From Candidatus Nanohaloarchaea archaeon (GTDB lineage Archaea; Nanohalarchaeota; Nanosalinia; Nanosalinales; Nanosalinaceae): a stretch of 56,250 bases of DNA. Location of the stretch: assembly GCA_041640075.1 (NCBI GenBank), contig JBEQAY010000004.1, positions 1 to 56,250 of the forward strand. The letters run 5' to 3'. Shown in pieces: positions 43,774 through 54,300 of the stretch. Numbering within the stretch: position 1 is the first letter of the stretch; every line of letters starts with the position of its first letter. A program made the translations under genes and the position numbers. The notes under the pieces were generated by a model that was not told the DNA's origin, did not search any database, and worked only from the letters and a program-made list of their open reading frames with translations.

Positions 43774-44631
43774 ATGGAGCAGGAAGAAGTTGTAGAGGAG
43801 GTTATAGATAAGGTGGCGGAGGCCGCACCTCATATCTCATCCGGCATGATGCACCGTAGAGAGTACGTTGGAGAAGAGAACCCGTCGGACGAAGAAGTTA
43901 TGGAGGCAGACGTCTGGGCAAACGAGTTCCTGAAAGAAAAAATTACCTCTATCGACGGAGTAGGAGAGTTCGCGTCCGAGGAGGAACACGAGATCACTGA
44001 CTGCGGCTCAGGTTTATCCGTGGCGATAGATCCTCTGGATGGATCCTCAAACATTCCCACGAACAACCTTGTCGGGACTATAGTAGGTATCTACAGTGAA
44101 GAACTACCCTGCAGCGGTGAAAACCTTGTCTCTGCTTTCTACGTGCTCTACGGCCCTCTGACGACTTTCACTGTTGCAAGGGGTGGAGAGGTAAACGAGT
44201 ACGTCCTTGAAGAGGAGAAAGGTGACGAGGCCGGGCTACACCTTGCAAGCGAGGATATAGAGATTCAGCAGAAGAAAACCTATGGCTTCGGGGGCAACAA
44301 AGGCTGGTTCGACCACTTCAGGGAGATGGAAGACGAGATCTCCAGGAAGTACAAGCTCAGGTACGGTGGTTCGCTGGTCGGCGACTTCAACCAGATGCTG
44401 CACCACGGCGGAGTATTCGGCTACCCTGCCAAGGAAGGATACGAGAACGGGAAGTACAGGATACTATTTGAAGGCAACCCGATGGCATACATAACCGAGA
44501 CAGCAGGTGGAGAAGCCTCTACAGGAGAGCAGAGGATACTGGATGTAGAGGTAGACGAGATACACCAGAGAGTACCGTTCCTGGTCGGTCACGAGGAACT
44601 GGTGTACGAGGTTAAACAGCTGATGGAATAA
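43774..44631 (+). CDS. fbp: Fructose-1,6-bisphosphatase class I
   Basis: ASEE, IDPLDGSSN, LRYGGSLVGD and GKYRILFE motifs. Confidence 0.94.
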   Translation: MEQEEVVEEVIDKVAEAAPHISSGMMHRREYVGEENPSDEEVMEADVWANEFLKEKITSIDGVGEFASEEEHEITDCGSGLSVAIDPLDGSSNIPTNNLVGTIVGIYSEELPCSGENLVSAFYVLYGPLTTFTVARGGEVNEYVLEEEKGDEAGLHLASEDIEIQQKKTYGFGGNKGWFDHFREMEDEISRKYKLRYGGSLVGDFNQMLHHGGVFGYPAKEGYENGKYRILFEGNPMAYITETAGGEASTGEQRILDVEVDEIHQRVPFLVGHEELVYEVKQLME

Positions 44632-44711
44632 ACTTCCCTGAATTGCTCCAAATCAAATTTTTCTCTTTGTCACTCGAAACAAACAAAAAAGTTCGAACCA
44701 AATCTGTGGGT

Positions 44712-45128
44712 GTGGAAGAACATCTAGTATTTGAGGATTACTTGACTCCTCTGGGGAGTGTCCCAAGGTGGGAGTTCGACGAGTACAAGGAAATCCTTGA
44801 GGAAAAAGTTGAGGACAGACTGGATAATATACCTGAGTACACCTTTTCATTTGATTCTGGAGTTTACGGTCTCGGAAGTTTTGAAAGCCGTAATCAGGAT
44901 CTGCATGCAGTGGAGAGAAGGGTTTACAATGAGCTGCTGGATGATCTTGAGGAGATAGAATCCAAGCAGGAATTGATGGAGTACACCAAGGAGCAGGTTG
45001 AGACGTCTGAATCTTCTCTTCCGGTACCGTTCAACTTCATGCAGGAAGCTCTGGATGCGATGATTGAAGGGCCCAGAGCTGACGCATTCGAGATGATCTA
45101 CAGGGAAGCCACTGAAGAATTCATATAA
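44712..45128 (+). CDS. Acidic hypothetical protein
   Basis: Open frame with host-like acidic composition; start uncertain (GTG 44706 or 44712). Confidence 0.55.
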   Translation: MEEHLVFEDYLTPLGSVPRWEFDEYKEILEEKVEDRLDNIPEYTFSFDSGVYGLGSFESRNQDLHAVERRVYNELLDDLEEIESKQELMEYTKEQVETSESSLPVPFNFMQEALDAMIEGPRADAFEMIYREATEEFI

Positions 45129-45135
45129 CTGGAAT

Positions 45136-47538
45136 CTAGTCAAAGTAGTCTGTAACGTTTTCCCGGTCGAAAATATTCTCTTCACCGACCTGTTTCTTCA
45201 GTTTCTTGCCGGTCTTGGTTCCGATCAGTTTCTTTAACTTCTCGAAACTGACTTCTCTGATGTCCTCCTGATCCCTGATACCGTGGTCGTAGAGTTTACG
45301 TGCCCTAACACGTCCTATCTGGTCGTAGCTTATCAGGTTCAGTAGTTCCTCTTTGATTCCGTGCTGCATCCTTAGCCGCAGTTTTTCTAGGTCCTTGTCA
45401 AGTTCCCCGTTCTCATCGAGTTCCCTGGTTCTGACAAGTTCTTTTGCTCCGTAGATCAGCCAGTCCGCGTTCTGCATCTTGGCTCTGATCCCGCCCGGCG
45501 CGATACTGTACTTCTCCATTATTTTTTCTTCATCCAGCTCTGAGATCCAGGCACGCATCATCAGAGAGTTCTTCATGTCCTCTACAAAGGAGTCGTACTC
45601 CATATCCCACTCCTCAGGTACAGGCTCAAGAATATACTTCTCAGCATCCATCAAAGCCTGCTCTATCTCGGAGTACTCTTTGTCCTTCACACGTGGACTT
45701 GGCTGCATCTCTGTAGTCCTTGACAGCATGAACAGGTAGGAGATAGGTTTCGTGTCTCGGCTCTCGGATTCCTTCAGGTTCTTCGCCTTCTCCAGGCTCT
45801 CGATCATACTGTAGGCCGAGTCAGGATCGATGTAGAGCTCGGAAACTCGTTTACCGGTAGTAGTGGCCTTGAACTCGTCCTCCTCCAGGAACTCGTAGTC
45901 CCGGAGCTGCTGGATAACCTCCTTCACTTTCTGGTCAACTTCTTCCATGGTCCCGTACTGGTGAGCATAGAAAGTCTTACGGTAAAACTTCAGCAACTCC
46001 TCTTCAGTCGTACAGAACCTTGAAGCAACAAGAGAAAGAGTATGCATCCGCAAAATCGGTTCAGCCGCGAGCTTCGACTGGATCTTCTCAGGCTCACCCT
46101 GGATATATCTCTCCAGGATCTCGTTCTTCATACCAGGATTCTTGGCAAGAGTTATCGCCTCACCTCTATCATCGTATTTAGGTCTTCCGGCACGCCCTGT
46201 CATCTGCTCGTACTCCAGAACAGGTATGAAGTCCATACCGTTACCTGTATACCTCTTGACATCCCTCAAAACTACTCTGAACGCTGGAAGATTTACACCG
46301 GCTGCAAGTGTTGGTGTCGCAGAGATTGAACGGATCAAACCCTCCTTGAATGCATCTTCGACAAGCTGACGCTGTTCATTCACAAGACCGGCGTGGTGAA
46401 AAGCTGCACCCTTCCTAACGTTCTTCGCCAGCCGCTTGCACTGGGATGTAGGGTTTCCAAGCACGTTTTCGATATCGTCAGCAATCCTCTCAAGCTCCTG
46501 CTTCTCCTGCCTATCCAGATCATCTTCTGCTACCTTTGCACACCGGTCGCTTTCCTTTTCAGCTCCTTTACGTGATGAACAGAAGATTATACACTGCTTG
46601 TCCATGTCGAGAGTGTTTTCAAGTATATTTTGCGTGGATCTTCCATGTCTGTCCTCCACAAACATCTCCTCCGCGGCTTCCTCTCCTTCATCTCTGTTCT
46701 TGATCTCGTTTCCTGTCTTGAAGCCGGAAGCACCGCTACTTCCATTATCTTGTTCTTCTCCTTCTTGGCTTCCGTCACCGTCGTAGAACTCTACAGTGTT
46801 CTGCTGGTAGATACCTTCTTTCAGTTCTACGGGCCGGTAATCAGACTCCACAATCTCTGAGTCCAGCCACTCCGCAAGCTCACCAGAGTTAGAGATAGTG
46901 GCGCTCAACCCCAGTAACTGGAAATCCAGTATATCCCGTAGACGAGTCAGTGTAACCTCCAGAGTAGGTCCTCTGTCTGGGGACGTGAGGAGATGGATCT
47001 CGTCGACTACTACCAGTCCGATCTGATGGATCCAGGAAGGGCTGTGCCGGAGCATGGAGTCCAGCTTCTCAGAGGTCACGATCACGATATCCGCAGTTTC
47101 CAGATAGTCTCCGGACTCGTCCTTGTCGCCTACACTCATCATGACGTCCAGATCCTCGTACCTCTCCGAGAAATCCTGGTACTTCTCCGCTGCCAGAGCC
47201 TTCAAGGGAACGATGTAAACCGCGGTCTTACTCTGCTTAACAGCCTTGTTGACCATCGCCAGCTCTGCGATAAAAGTCTTCCCGGAAGCCGTCGGAGAAG
47301 CAACAACCATGTCCTCACCCTCCATCAAACCAGCATCAACAGCCTTCTCCTGCGGAGGATTCAACTCCGTGATACCAGAATCGATGTAATCTGCTTTGAT
47401 CCGATCCGGAAGATCCAGATCCGAAACCTTCGAGGAAGATTTCTGGTTCAAAAATCCTTCGGATTTTCCTCCTTTAGAAGACTCCACTGAGTCTTCGGTT
47501 TCAGAAGAACTTCCGTTCTTCGGGTTTTCTACTTTCAC
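45136..47538 (-). CDS. hel308: Ski2-like DNA helicase Hel308
   Basis: SPTASGKT, DEIH, FHHAGL, TPTLAAGVNLP, QMTGRAGRP and C-terminal HhH IGRVRARKL motifs. Confidence 0.95.
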   Translation of the reverse strand: MKVENPKNGSSSETEDSVESSKGGKSEGFLNQKSSSKVSDLDLPDRIKADYIDSGITELNPPQEKAVDAGLMEGEDMVVASPTASGKTFIAELAMVNKAVKQSKTAVYIVPLKALAAEKYQDFSERYEDLDVMMSVGDKDESGDYLETADIVIVTSEKLDSMLRHSPSWIHQIGLVVVDEIHLLTSPDRGPTLEVTLTRLRDILDFQLLGLSATISNSGELAEWLDSEIVESDYRPVELKEGIYQQNTVEFYDGDGSQEGEEQDNGSSGASGFKTGNEIKNRDEGEEAAEEMFVEDRHGRSTQNILENTLDMDKQCIIFCSSRKGAEKESDRCAKVAEDDLDRQEKQELERIADDIENVLGNPTSQCKRLAKNVRKGAAFHHAGLVNEQRQLVEDAFKEGLIRSISATPTLAAGVNLPAFRVVLRDVKRYTGNGMDFIPVLEYEQMTGRAGRPKYDDRGEAITLAKNPGMKNEILERYIQGEPEKIQSKLAAEPILRMHTLSLVASRFCTTEEELLKFYRKTFYAHQYGTMEEVDQKVKEVIQQLRDYEFLEEDEFKATTTGKRVSELYIDPDSAYSMIESLEKAKNLKESESRDTKPISYLFMLSRTTEMQPSPRVKDKEYSEIEQALMDAEKYILEPVPEEWDMEYDSFVEDMKNSLMMRAWISELDEEKIMEKYSIAPGGIRAKMQNADWLIYGAKELVRTRELDENGELDKDLEKLRLRMQHGIKEELLNLISYDQIGRVRARKLYDHGIRDQEDIREVSFEKLKKLIGTKTGKKLKKQVGEENIFDRENVTDYFD

Positions 47539-47569
47539 AGAAAGAGTTTTTTCAGGAATTCTTTAGAGC

Positions 47570-48085
47570 TTAACCGGAGTCCTCGTACCAGGTCTCCGAC
47601 CGCATCAGGTGTACTTCCGGATGTTCATTGCACTGATACCACATATCTCCACGATACTTCTCCTCTCCAACCTTGTAAGACTCCACCTCGTAAACATTGA
47701 AAGCAGGGAATATTCTGGGATCAACTACCTCTCCGACATCCGCTTCCAGGTTCTCCTCGACGCATTCATGACAGCTAAAATCGTTGAAGAAACCTTCGTC
47801 ACTGAACTCCTCCAGATCCTCCTCGCCGTAAAAGAAACCGTTTCTATCGGAGTAAACTCCCTCACCGCGGACAAAATTCACGACTTCATCCATGCCGTCA
47901 AAAGAACCATGAACAGGAGTATCGGACCGCACTCCCTCTTGGAAAAGATCTCCTTTCGACTCCCACCGGAAACCATTCCAGCCTCTAGCCAGGTATGTGC
48001 CGCCAGCAGCCCCGAAGACCGCGGGAGGCACTCCACCATCAAGCAATTCAAGCACCTCACTATCCGAAAACTCCCTCAAACCCAT
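47570..48085 (-). CDS. Hypothetical protein with possible Zn-binding CxxC...CxxH
   Basis: CHEC and CNEH motifs; ATG at 48085 about 27 nt after tttaa. Confidence 0.6.
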   Translation of the reverse strand: MGLREFSDSEVLELLDGGVPPAVFGAAGGTYLARGWNGFRWESKGDLFQEGVRSDTPVHGSFDGMDEVVNFVRGEGVYSDRNGFFYGEEDLEEFSDEGFFNDFSCHECVEENLEADVGEVVDPRIFPAFNVYEVESYKVGEEKYRGDMWYQCNEHPEVHLMRSETWYEDSG

Positions 48086-48329
48086 GCAACCTAAAACAAC
48101 ATTCACACAGTTAAAGTTTTTGTCACCTCTGAGAGACACCAAATCTCTCTCAGAGCCTCTCTTAACCCGGCTCTAGAACATGAAAGGAAAAACCTTCGAC
48201 CCTCTTTAAGCCTCTAAAACCGTTAAAAACCCGGAAATAATGTTGTAACTTATTACAATGATCTCAGGCGCTTATAGGCAAAGGGTTGATAAAAATAAAA
48301 CATCTAAGGGTCATCAGGAGGGGACTATC

Positions 48330-51300
48330 TTGAACGTAACCAACAAGTTCGCAATCCTGCTTACACTTTTTCTAACCCTTGGAATCACGACTGTTGCGGC
48401 TGAGACTGTTTCACTTGAACCACAGCAGGTTGAAGGAGATGTCTCACAGGAGCTTACTTTCGACATAACAAACGATGGAAGTGACGAGGTATATCGAATA
48501 AAGGTAGAAGCCACTTCATCCTACGGAGATATAGACACTAACACAATAAGTTGTCCTACAGGATGGGAAGTTAAGAGCGACGAAACAGATGCATCTCAAG
48601 TAACCTGTCTAGGAGATGCAGATCCTAGTAGCGAGGACAATCTCGATCAGGATGAGACAGGTACTGTAACTTTCTCCGCCACTACACCTACAGGAAGTGA
48701 AGAAGACTTTACATGGGATGTCTCCTCAACAGATAACGCATTCAACACGGAAACCAACTCAGTTTCAATCCTAGTTGACGATGTAGCACCAACAACAAGC
48801 ACAGATGACACAGGAACCGACTGGAGAACGTCTTCACAGACTATTACTCTAGATCCAACTGATGATGGTTCCGGCGTAGCTACGACTTACTACTGTGTCG
48901 ACCAATCAGATAGTTGTGATCCTTCTTCCGATGGTTCAACAGGCACCTCAGTTACTGTTGATTCTGAAGGAACCAATTATGTAAGATACTACTCAGAGGA
49001 CGAGGTAGGAAACGATGAAAGCGTAAATTCTGGAAAGGTCAAGATTGATACAGGAGCCCCTGATACTACAGACGACGCTCCGTCCGGATGGCAGTCATCC
49101 GACGTCACAGTAGACTTGACACCATCTGATCAGACTTCAGGTGTCGCCAACACCAGCTACTGTGAAGATAATTCACAGAGCAACGACTGTGACCCAGCAG
49201 ATGCTACTACAGAAGAAGGAGAATCAGGAGCATCGGTCACAGTTGATCAGGAAGGAACAACCTACGTCAGATATCAGTCAACAGACACAGCTGGCAACGA
49301 AGAAAGTATAGAAGAAACAACTGTCCAGGTAGATAAAACAGCTCCAAGCATCAGCAATGTGAAAGGAGACTTCACAACAGGTACAGGAGACACAGAGACT
49401 ATTACTGCAGACGTGTCTGACGATTACGCATTAGACTCAAGCACCGTAGAGATAAAGCTTGACACTGATAACGATGGCAACTTCGAAGAGACAAGTCAGA
49501 TGACAGATACGGGAGACGGCACATTCGAATATTCCTACACGGCTCCAACTGGAGACACTAACCAAGACGACTACCAAGTAGTCGCTCAGGACGAAGCAGG
49601 CAACCAGCAGACGTCAAGCACATACACGATCACAATCGATGACAACGATGCGCCGACGATAACCGACAATACAGCTGATTCAGCCACAACAGGAGAATCG
49701 CTGGAGTTCAGTGCGGACGTCAGCGACAACATACAGGTGGATACCGTAAAGGCTCACTACAAGTACGCGGGAGAGAGCAGTTACACTGAGATTTCACTGA
49801 GTGGCTCAGAAAAATACACAGACTCGATCACAGTTGATGACACTGTAAACAACATCCAGTACTACATAACAGCGACCGACACCAGCGACAACACAGCGAG
49901 AGAGCCACAGGGAGATGAAGAGTATAATGAAGTCACGGTAAATGACAACGACGATCCTACAGCGTCTTTGACTTTCACAACTCCTGTAGACGAGGACACA
50001 TCTGTAACTCTAGACGCTTCCGCATCGGAAGACAACACAGGAATAGTAGAGTACAGGTGGGACTTCACGGACGACGGTAATACGGATGAGACGACTACAG
50101 AGTCCGCTTCCACAACTCATAATTTCGAAGACCCTGGAACCTACACAGTCAGCGTCACTGTGGAAGACAAGGGAGGCAACACGGACGAAGCCACCAAGGA
50201 TATCAAGGTAGACGATACGACCTCTCCGACCGTTGATTCAATCAGCGTAGAGGAGTCAGATACTCTTTACTCGAACTACCAGACCGTGAACCTTGACATC
50301 ACGGCGAGCGACAACGACCAAGTAGACAGCGTTGTAGCTGACTTCGCTAACCTCGAGAACCAGTTCAGGTTCACAGACACTAATGAAGATGGAACACAGG
50401 ATTTGACGGCTCAATGGACAGAATATAGTGCTGATGAGGTAGTTCAAATTAACTCTGGTAATACTCAGACGACAGATTACACGAAGCTGGTCGTTCCGAC
50501 AGACTTCACGCTTCAGAGTGACACATCCCTTACCTACGAAGCTCTCTACACCTCTGACTCGGGAATAGAGGCTCCTGATGAGACCTATCTCTTCATGGAA
50601 GACGGCACAATGCTCGCAACCACAAATAACAACGGAGCACAGCAGTGTACTGAATCCGCAAACACCTGGTGTGAATGGAGCCTCTCAGCTACAGATCACA
50701 CGGTTGAATCGGCAGCGAGCTGGTACAAAGTTAACTCCGACGGAACTATCAAAGGAGTGAAGCTCTCGAATTACCACAATCAGAATGTCGTAGCTGTAGG
50801 ATTCGCGGCAGGTACCACATCAAGTCCTGGTGATATCGTAGATGTCTACCTAGACGACTTCGACCTCCCTAATAATGGCGTTGTCAGCCAAGAATCAGAT
50901 CTCCAGAGCCTATATGAGGTAACCGCCTCAGACTCTGATTCCGACTCTGCACTTGATGTGTCATACACACTTGTGAATGGGCCTGACTACGCAGACAAGG
51001 ATATACAGGTAACTGCGACAGATCCTGCAGGAAACGAGGGCAGTAGCAGCAAGACTGTCACACTAGACAACAAGAAACCAGGGATCAGCTCCGCAAAGAT
51101 TGAGGACACCTCAGACACTAACGGAGTGGTTGGTGATAGCGATCTGGTCAGGATCTCGGCAGAAGTCACGGATGACTCACCTGTAGATACTGTAACTGCG
51201 GATGCTTCCGCTTTCGGAGCAGGAAAAGTAATGCTAACTCATGATACAGGAGACACATACGATGCGACAATCACGGTCAACGAAGCGTCTGCTTACTCTG

Positions 51301-54300
51301 ATGGAAGCTACTCGGTAACTGTAGAGGCGACAGACGACGCATCCAACAAGGAGACAGCGACAACAGGTACACTAACGCTCGACACGACGAAACCTGATGT
51401 TACTGGTGCTTCGATTAGCGAAGTAAACAATCCTGATGGACTGGTGACTGAAGGAGATCAAGTAGAAGTCTCCGCCACAGTGACGGACTCAAACCTTGAC
51501 ACGGTTGAGACCGATGCTTCCGCTTTCGGAGCAGGAACAGTAACTCTAACTCCAGACAGTGGAGATACATACGATGCAACATTTGTGGCGGGTAGTCAAT
51601 CAACACCTACCGATGGAACTCATTCACTCAATGTAGATGCAACCGACCTAGCGGATAATCTAGGTAGCGATCCCACAGGAGACATAGAGGTTGACATTGA
51701 GTCGCCTGCCAATCTTCAGGTAAGCGCTCCTTCAAGCACGGTTTACAAGCAGACAGATCAGGCGCTGGATGTAGATTACTCTTACAATGAAGACAACCCT
51801 GACCAGACAACAATAATCCTTGAAGACGACAATGGAAACAGCGTATCGTACAGCTTCGACGACTCTGGATACGCAGGAGATGGAGGCACACAACAGGAAA
51901 CTCTAGATCTTTCAAGTCCGGATCAGACATCAGAAGAGGGACTTGTAGCAGGAAAAACGTACGATGTAACTCTTGAAGTCTTGGATCAGGCAGGAACATC
52001 TACGAGCTCGGTGAAAGAGACAGATAGAGTAGTTATAGACGAGACTAAACCATCTATCACTCTTAGTGAAGTTGCTGGAGGAGACGACTACATAAACATA
52101 GATGAGGCTTCTGGGGAAGGCCAGATTGTAGGAAGTTGGAGCGATGAGAATCCTGTTAAAGAACTAAGACCGTTCGCGGATGGTGACGCTAATTACGCAG
52201 AAGGAGGATATCCTGATCCTGGATCCTCAGGTTCGTTCAATTATGAGTTCGATATATCTAACTGGCAGTCTGGAACTTCGGTGGAACTAGGTGTAGAGGC
52301 AGAGGACGAGGCAGGAAATGTCAGGAGTAAAAGTGAGACCGTCACTCTGGATCTCAACAGGCCAGCAGCACCTGACGACGTTACAGCTGAGAACATCAAT
52401 ATAGATAGACAAGATGACTACAGTGTTGAAGTTTCACTTGTAGCAGGACACGAGAAAGGAACTGTCACTGCAAGGCTTTCAGATGGAAGCTCGTCTGTTA
52501 AAGCTACAAAGGAAGTCAACGCAGACGATGACTCAGGTTCGACTGTGACCGTCGACTTCGGCGACGTTTCAAATAAATTGAGTGAAGGAGGCGTCGACGT
52601 AGATGCCAAGTTTACAGACAAGGCAGGTAATGACAACACCAACGGATTCAAAGAGTTCACTACAGTCCACAAGGATACAATCAGACCTGAAGTGGTTGAG
52701 GAAGATTCCGAGGTAACGTCTTCCAATACAATCAGTGTTGCATTTACTGAAGGACTAGATGGTACCACAGTTTCACCTGAGGACTTCAGAGTGAATGGCT
52801 TCACTATAGATAAAGCTTCCGAAGTGACTGAAGGAGAAGTAGAGTTGACTCTTGTTTCCGACATGGGGACAGGAGACGCACCAAAGGTAACAGTTGAAGA
52901 TAATGACACTCTAGAGGACTCGTACCAGAACTCCTTCACAGGCGATACAATGTTCACACCGACCGACACGCTCGCTCCAACACTCTCGGAAGCAACCACG
53001 GTCGACAGCGACGGAGATGGATACATTGAAGCTGTGGACTTCAAGTTTGGAGAGGCAGTTAAGGTAGCAGATACCTCAGCTTTCGAAGTCTCAGGATACA
53101 GCGGCGAGAAAATCAGCGATGATGACTCTGACCAGACTGTCAGAGTCGAGGTAGACAAGGGCTCCAGCTACGACACGGGAGCCACTCCTGAAGTAACAGT
53201 CAACGCAGGAGCTGTAGAGGACACAGCTTCGACTCCAAACGAGTTCGCAAGCGACACGACAGTAACCTCGGACGACGGAGCAGCGCCTGTACTGCTTCAC
53301 AGCGAAATTAACAACGCTGTCAGCGACGGTTCGGCTACAAAGGTCGACCTCACGTTCACAGAGTTCGTGGACGTCTCAGGCTCTGCTACAGCACAGCTGA
53401 AAGATGAGCCTGGAGAACTCAGATTCAATAGTCAGACAGGAGAAACAGTCCAGGCAACCTACTGGGAAGACGGCAGCAAAGCAGTCCTTGAGACTGGAGA
53501 TGCACCTGAAGTCAGTAGCTTCACAGGAGTAGAAGACGTAGACCACTACAGGGAAGCTGGACACGACTTCAGTAGATACAGCTCACCAGCTACGATCGAT
53601 CAGCAGGACTTGACCCAGACGAACGTGGACCTCAGGATGACTTATGACACTTCAAGAGACGAATACAGGTTCACAGCTACAGGAGTAAGTAATTACGGAA
53701 GCGACAGTGGAGTTGTCTTCGGCTTTGATGTCGATGATGACGGTCAATATGACTTCCAAGTTGATGCAAAGTCTTCAGGGTACCAGCCAGACTACTATGA
53801 GTACGGTTCGAGCAGTGGATGGACTACTGATACCTACGACTTTAACTCCGGTAGTCAGGGAGGAGAAGGCACCTCTGAGTACGATGGAGTGTTCTTCAAA
53901 GATTCAGGAACACTGCTTGAGAACAAGAACTCCTTCACTCTGACGGTAGATCGAAGCAGACTCGGAAGTGATTTCGCAGTAAACGCTGATGATCAAGGTG
54001 GAAGCTTCACGAAGGATGGAGATAGCGGTAGAAGTGCCTCCGATGCGATTACTGTTACAGCCGGAACCTCAGAAGCAGATCTGGTGGTTGATGGAGACAG
54101 CGATGATCTCAACGAGGATTACGAGACGATCCAGAACGCTATCGACAACGCAGAAAGTGGAGACACAATTGTTGTCAAATCAGGGACTTACAAAGAAGAA
54201 GTAAGGGTGTCAAAGGAAGTGAATCTGGTTGGTAAGGGAGAACCTAAGCTAGTGACTGACTCAAGTGTTGCAGGTGACAATCACCATCCTGCATTGCAGC

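Noticed and set aside
46670..46785. Acidic low-complexity insertion in Hel308, considered as a possible intein or intron
   Set aside because: It is short and in frame with no intein C/S...HN termini; it looks like a flexible linker between the RecA domains.
52418..53158. Long antisense ORFs, such as this 246-aa one and similar ones across ribosomal and leuS genes
   Set aside because: These are Ser-rich shadows of acidic sense-strand genes, caused by codon bias.
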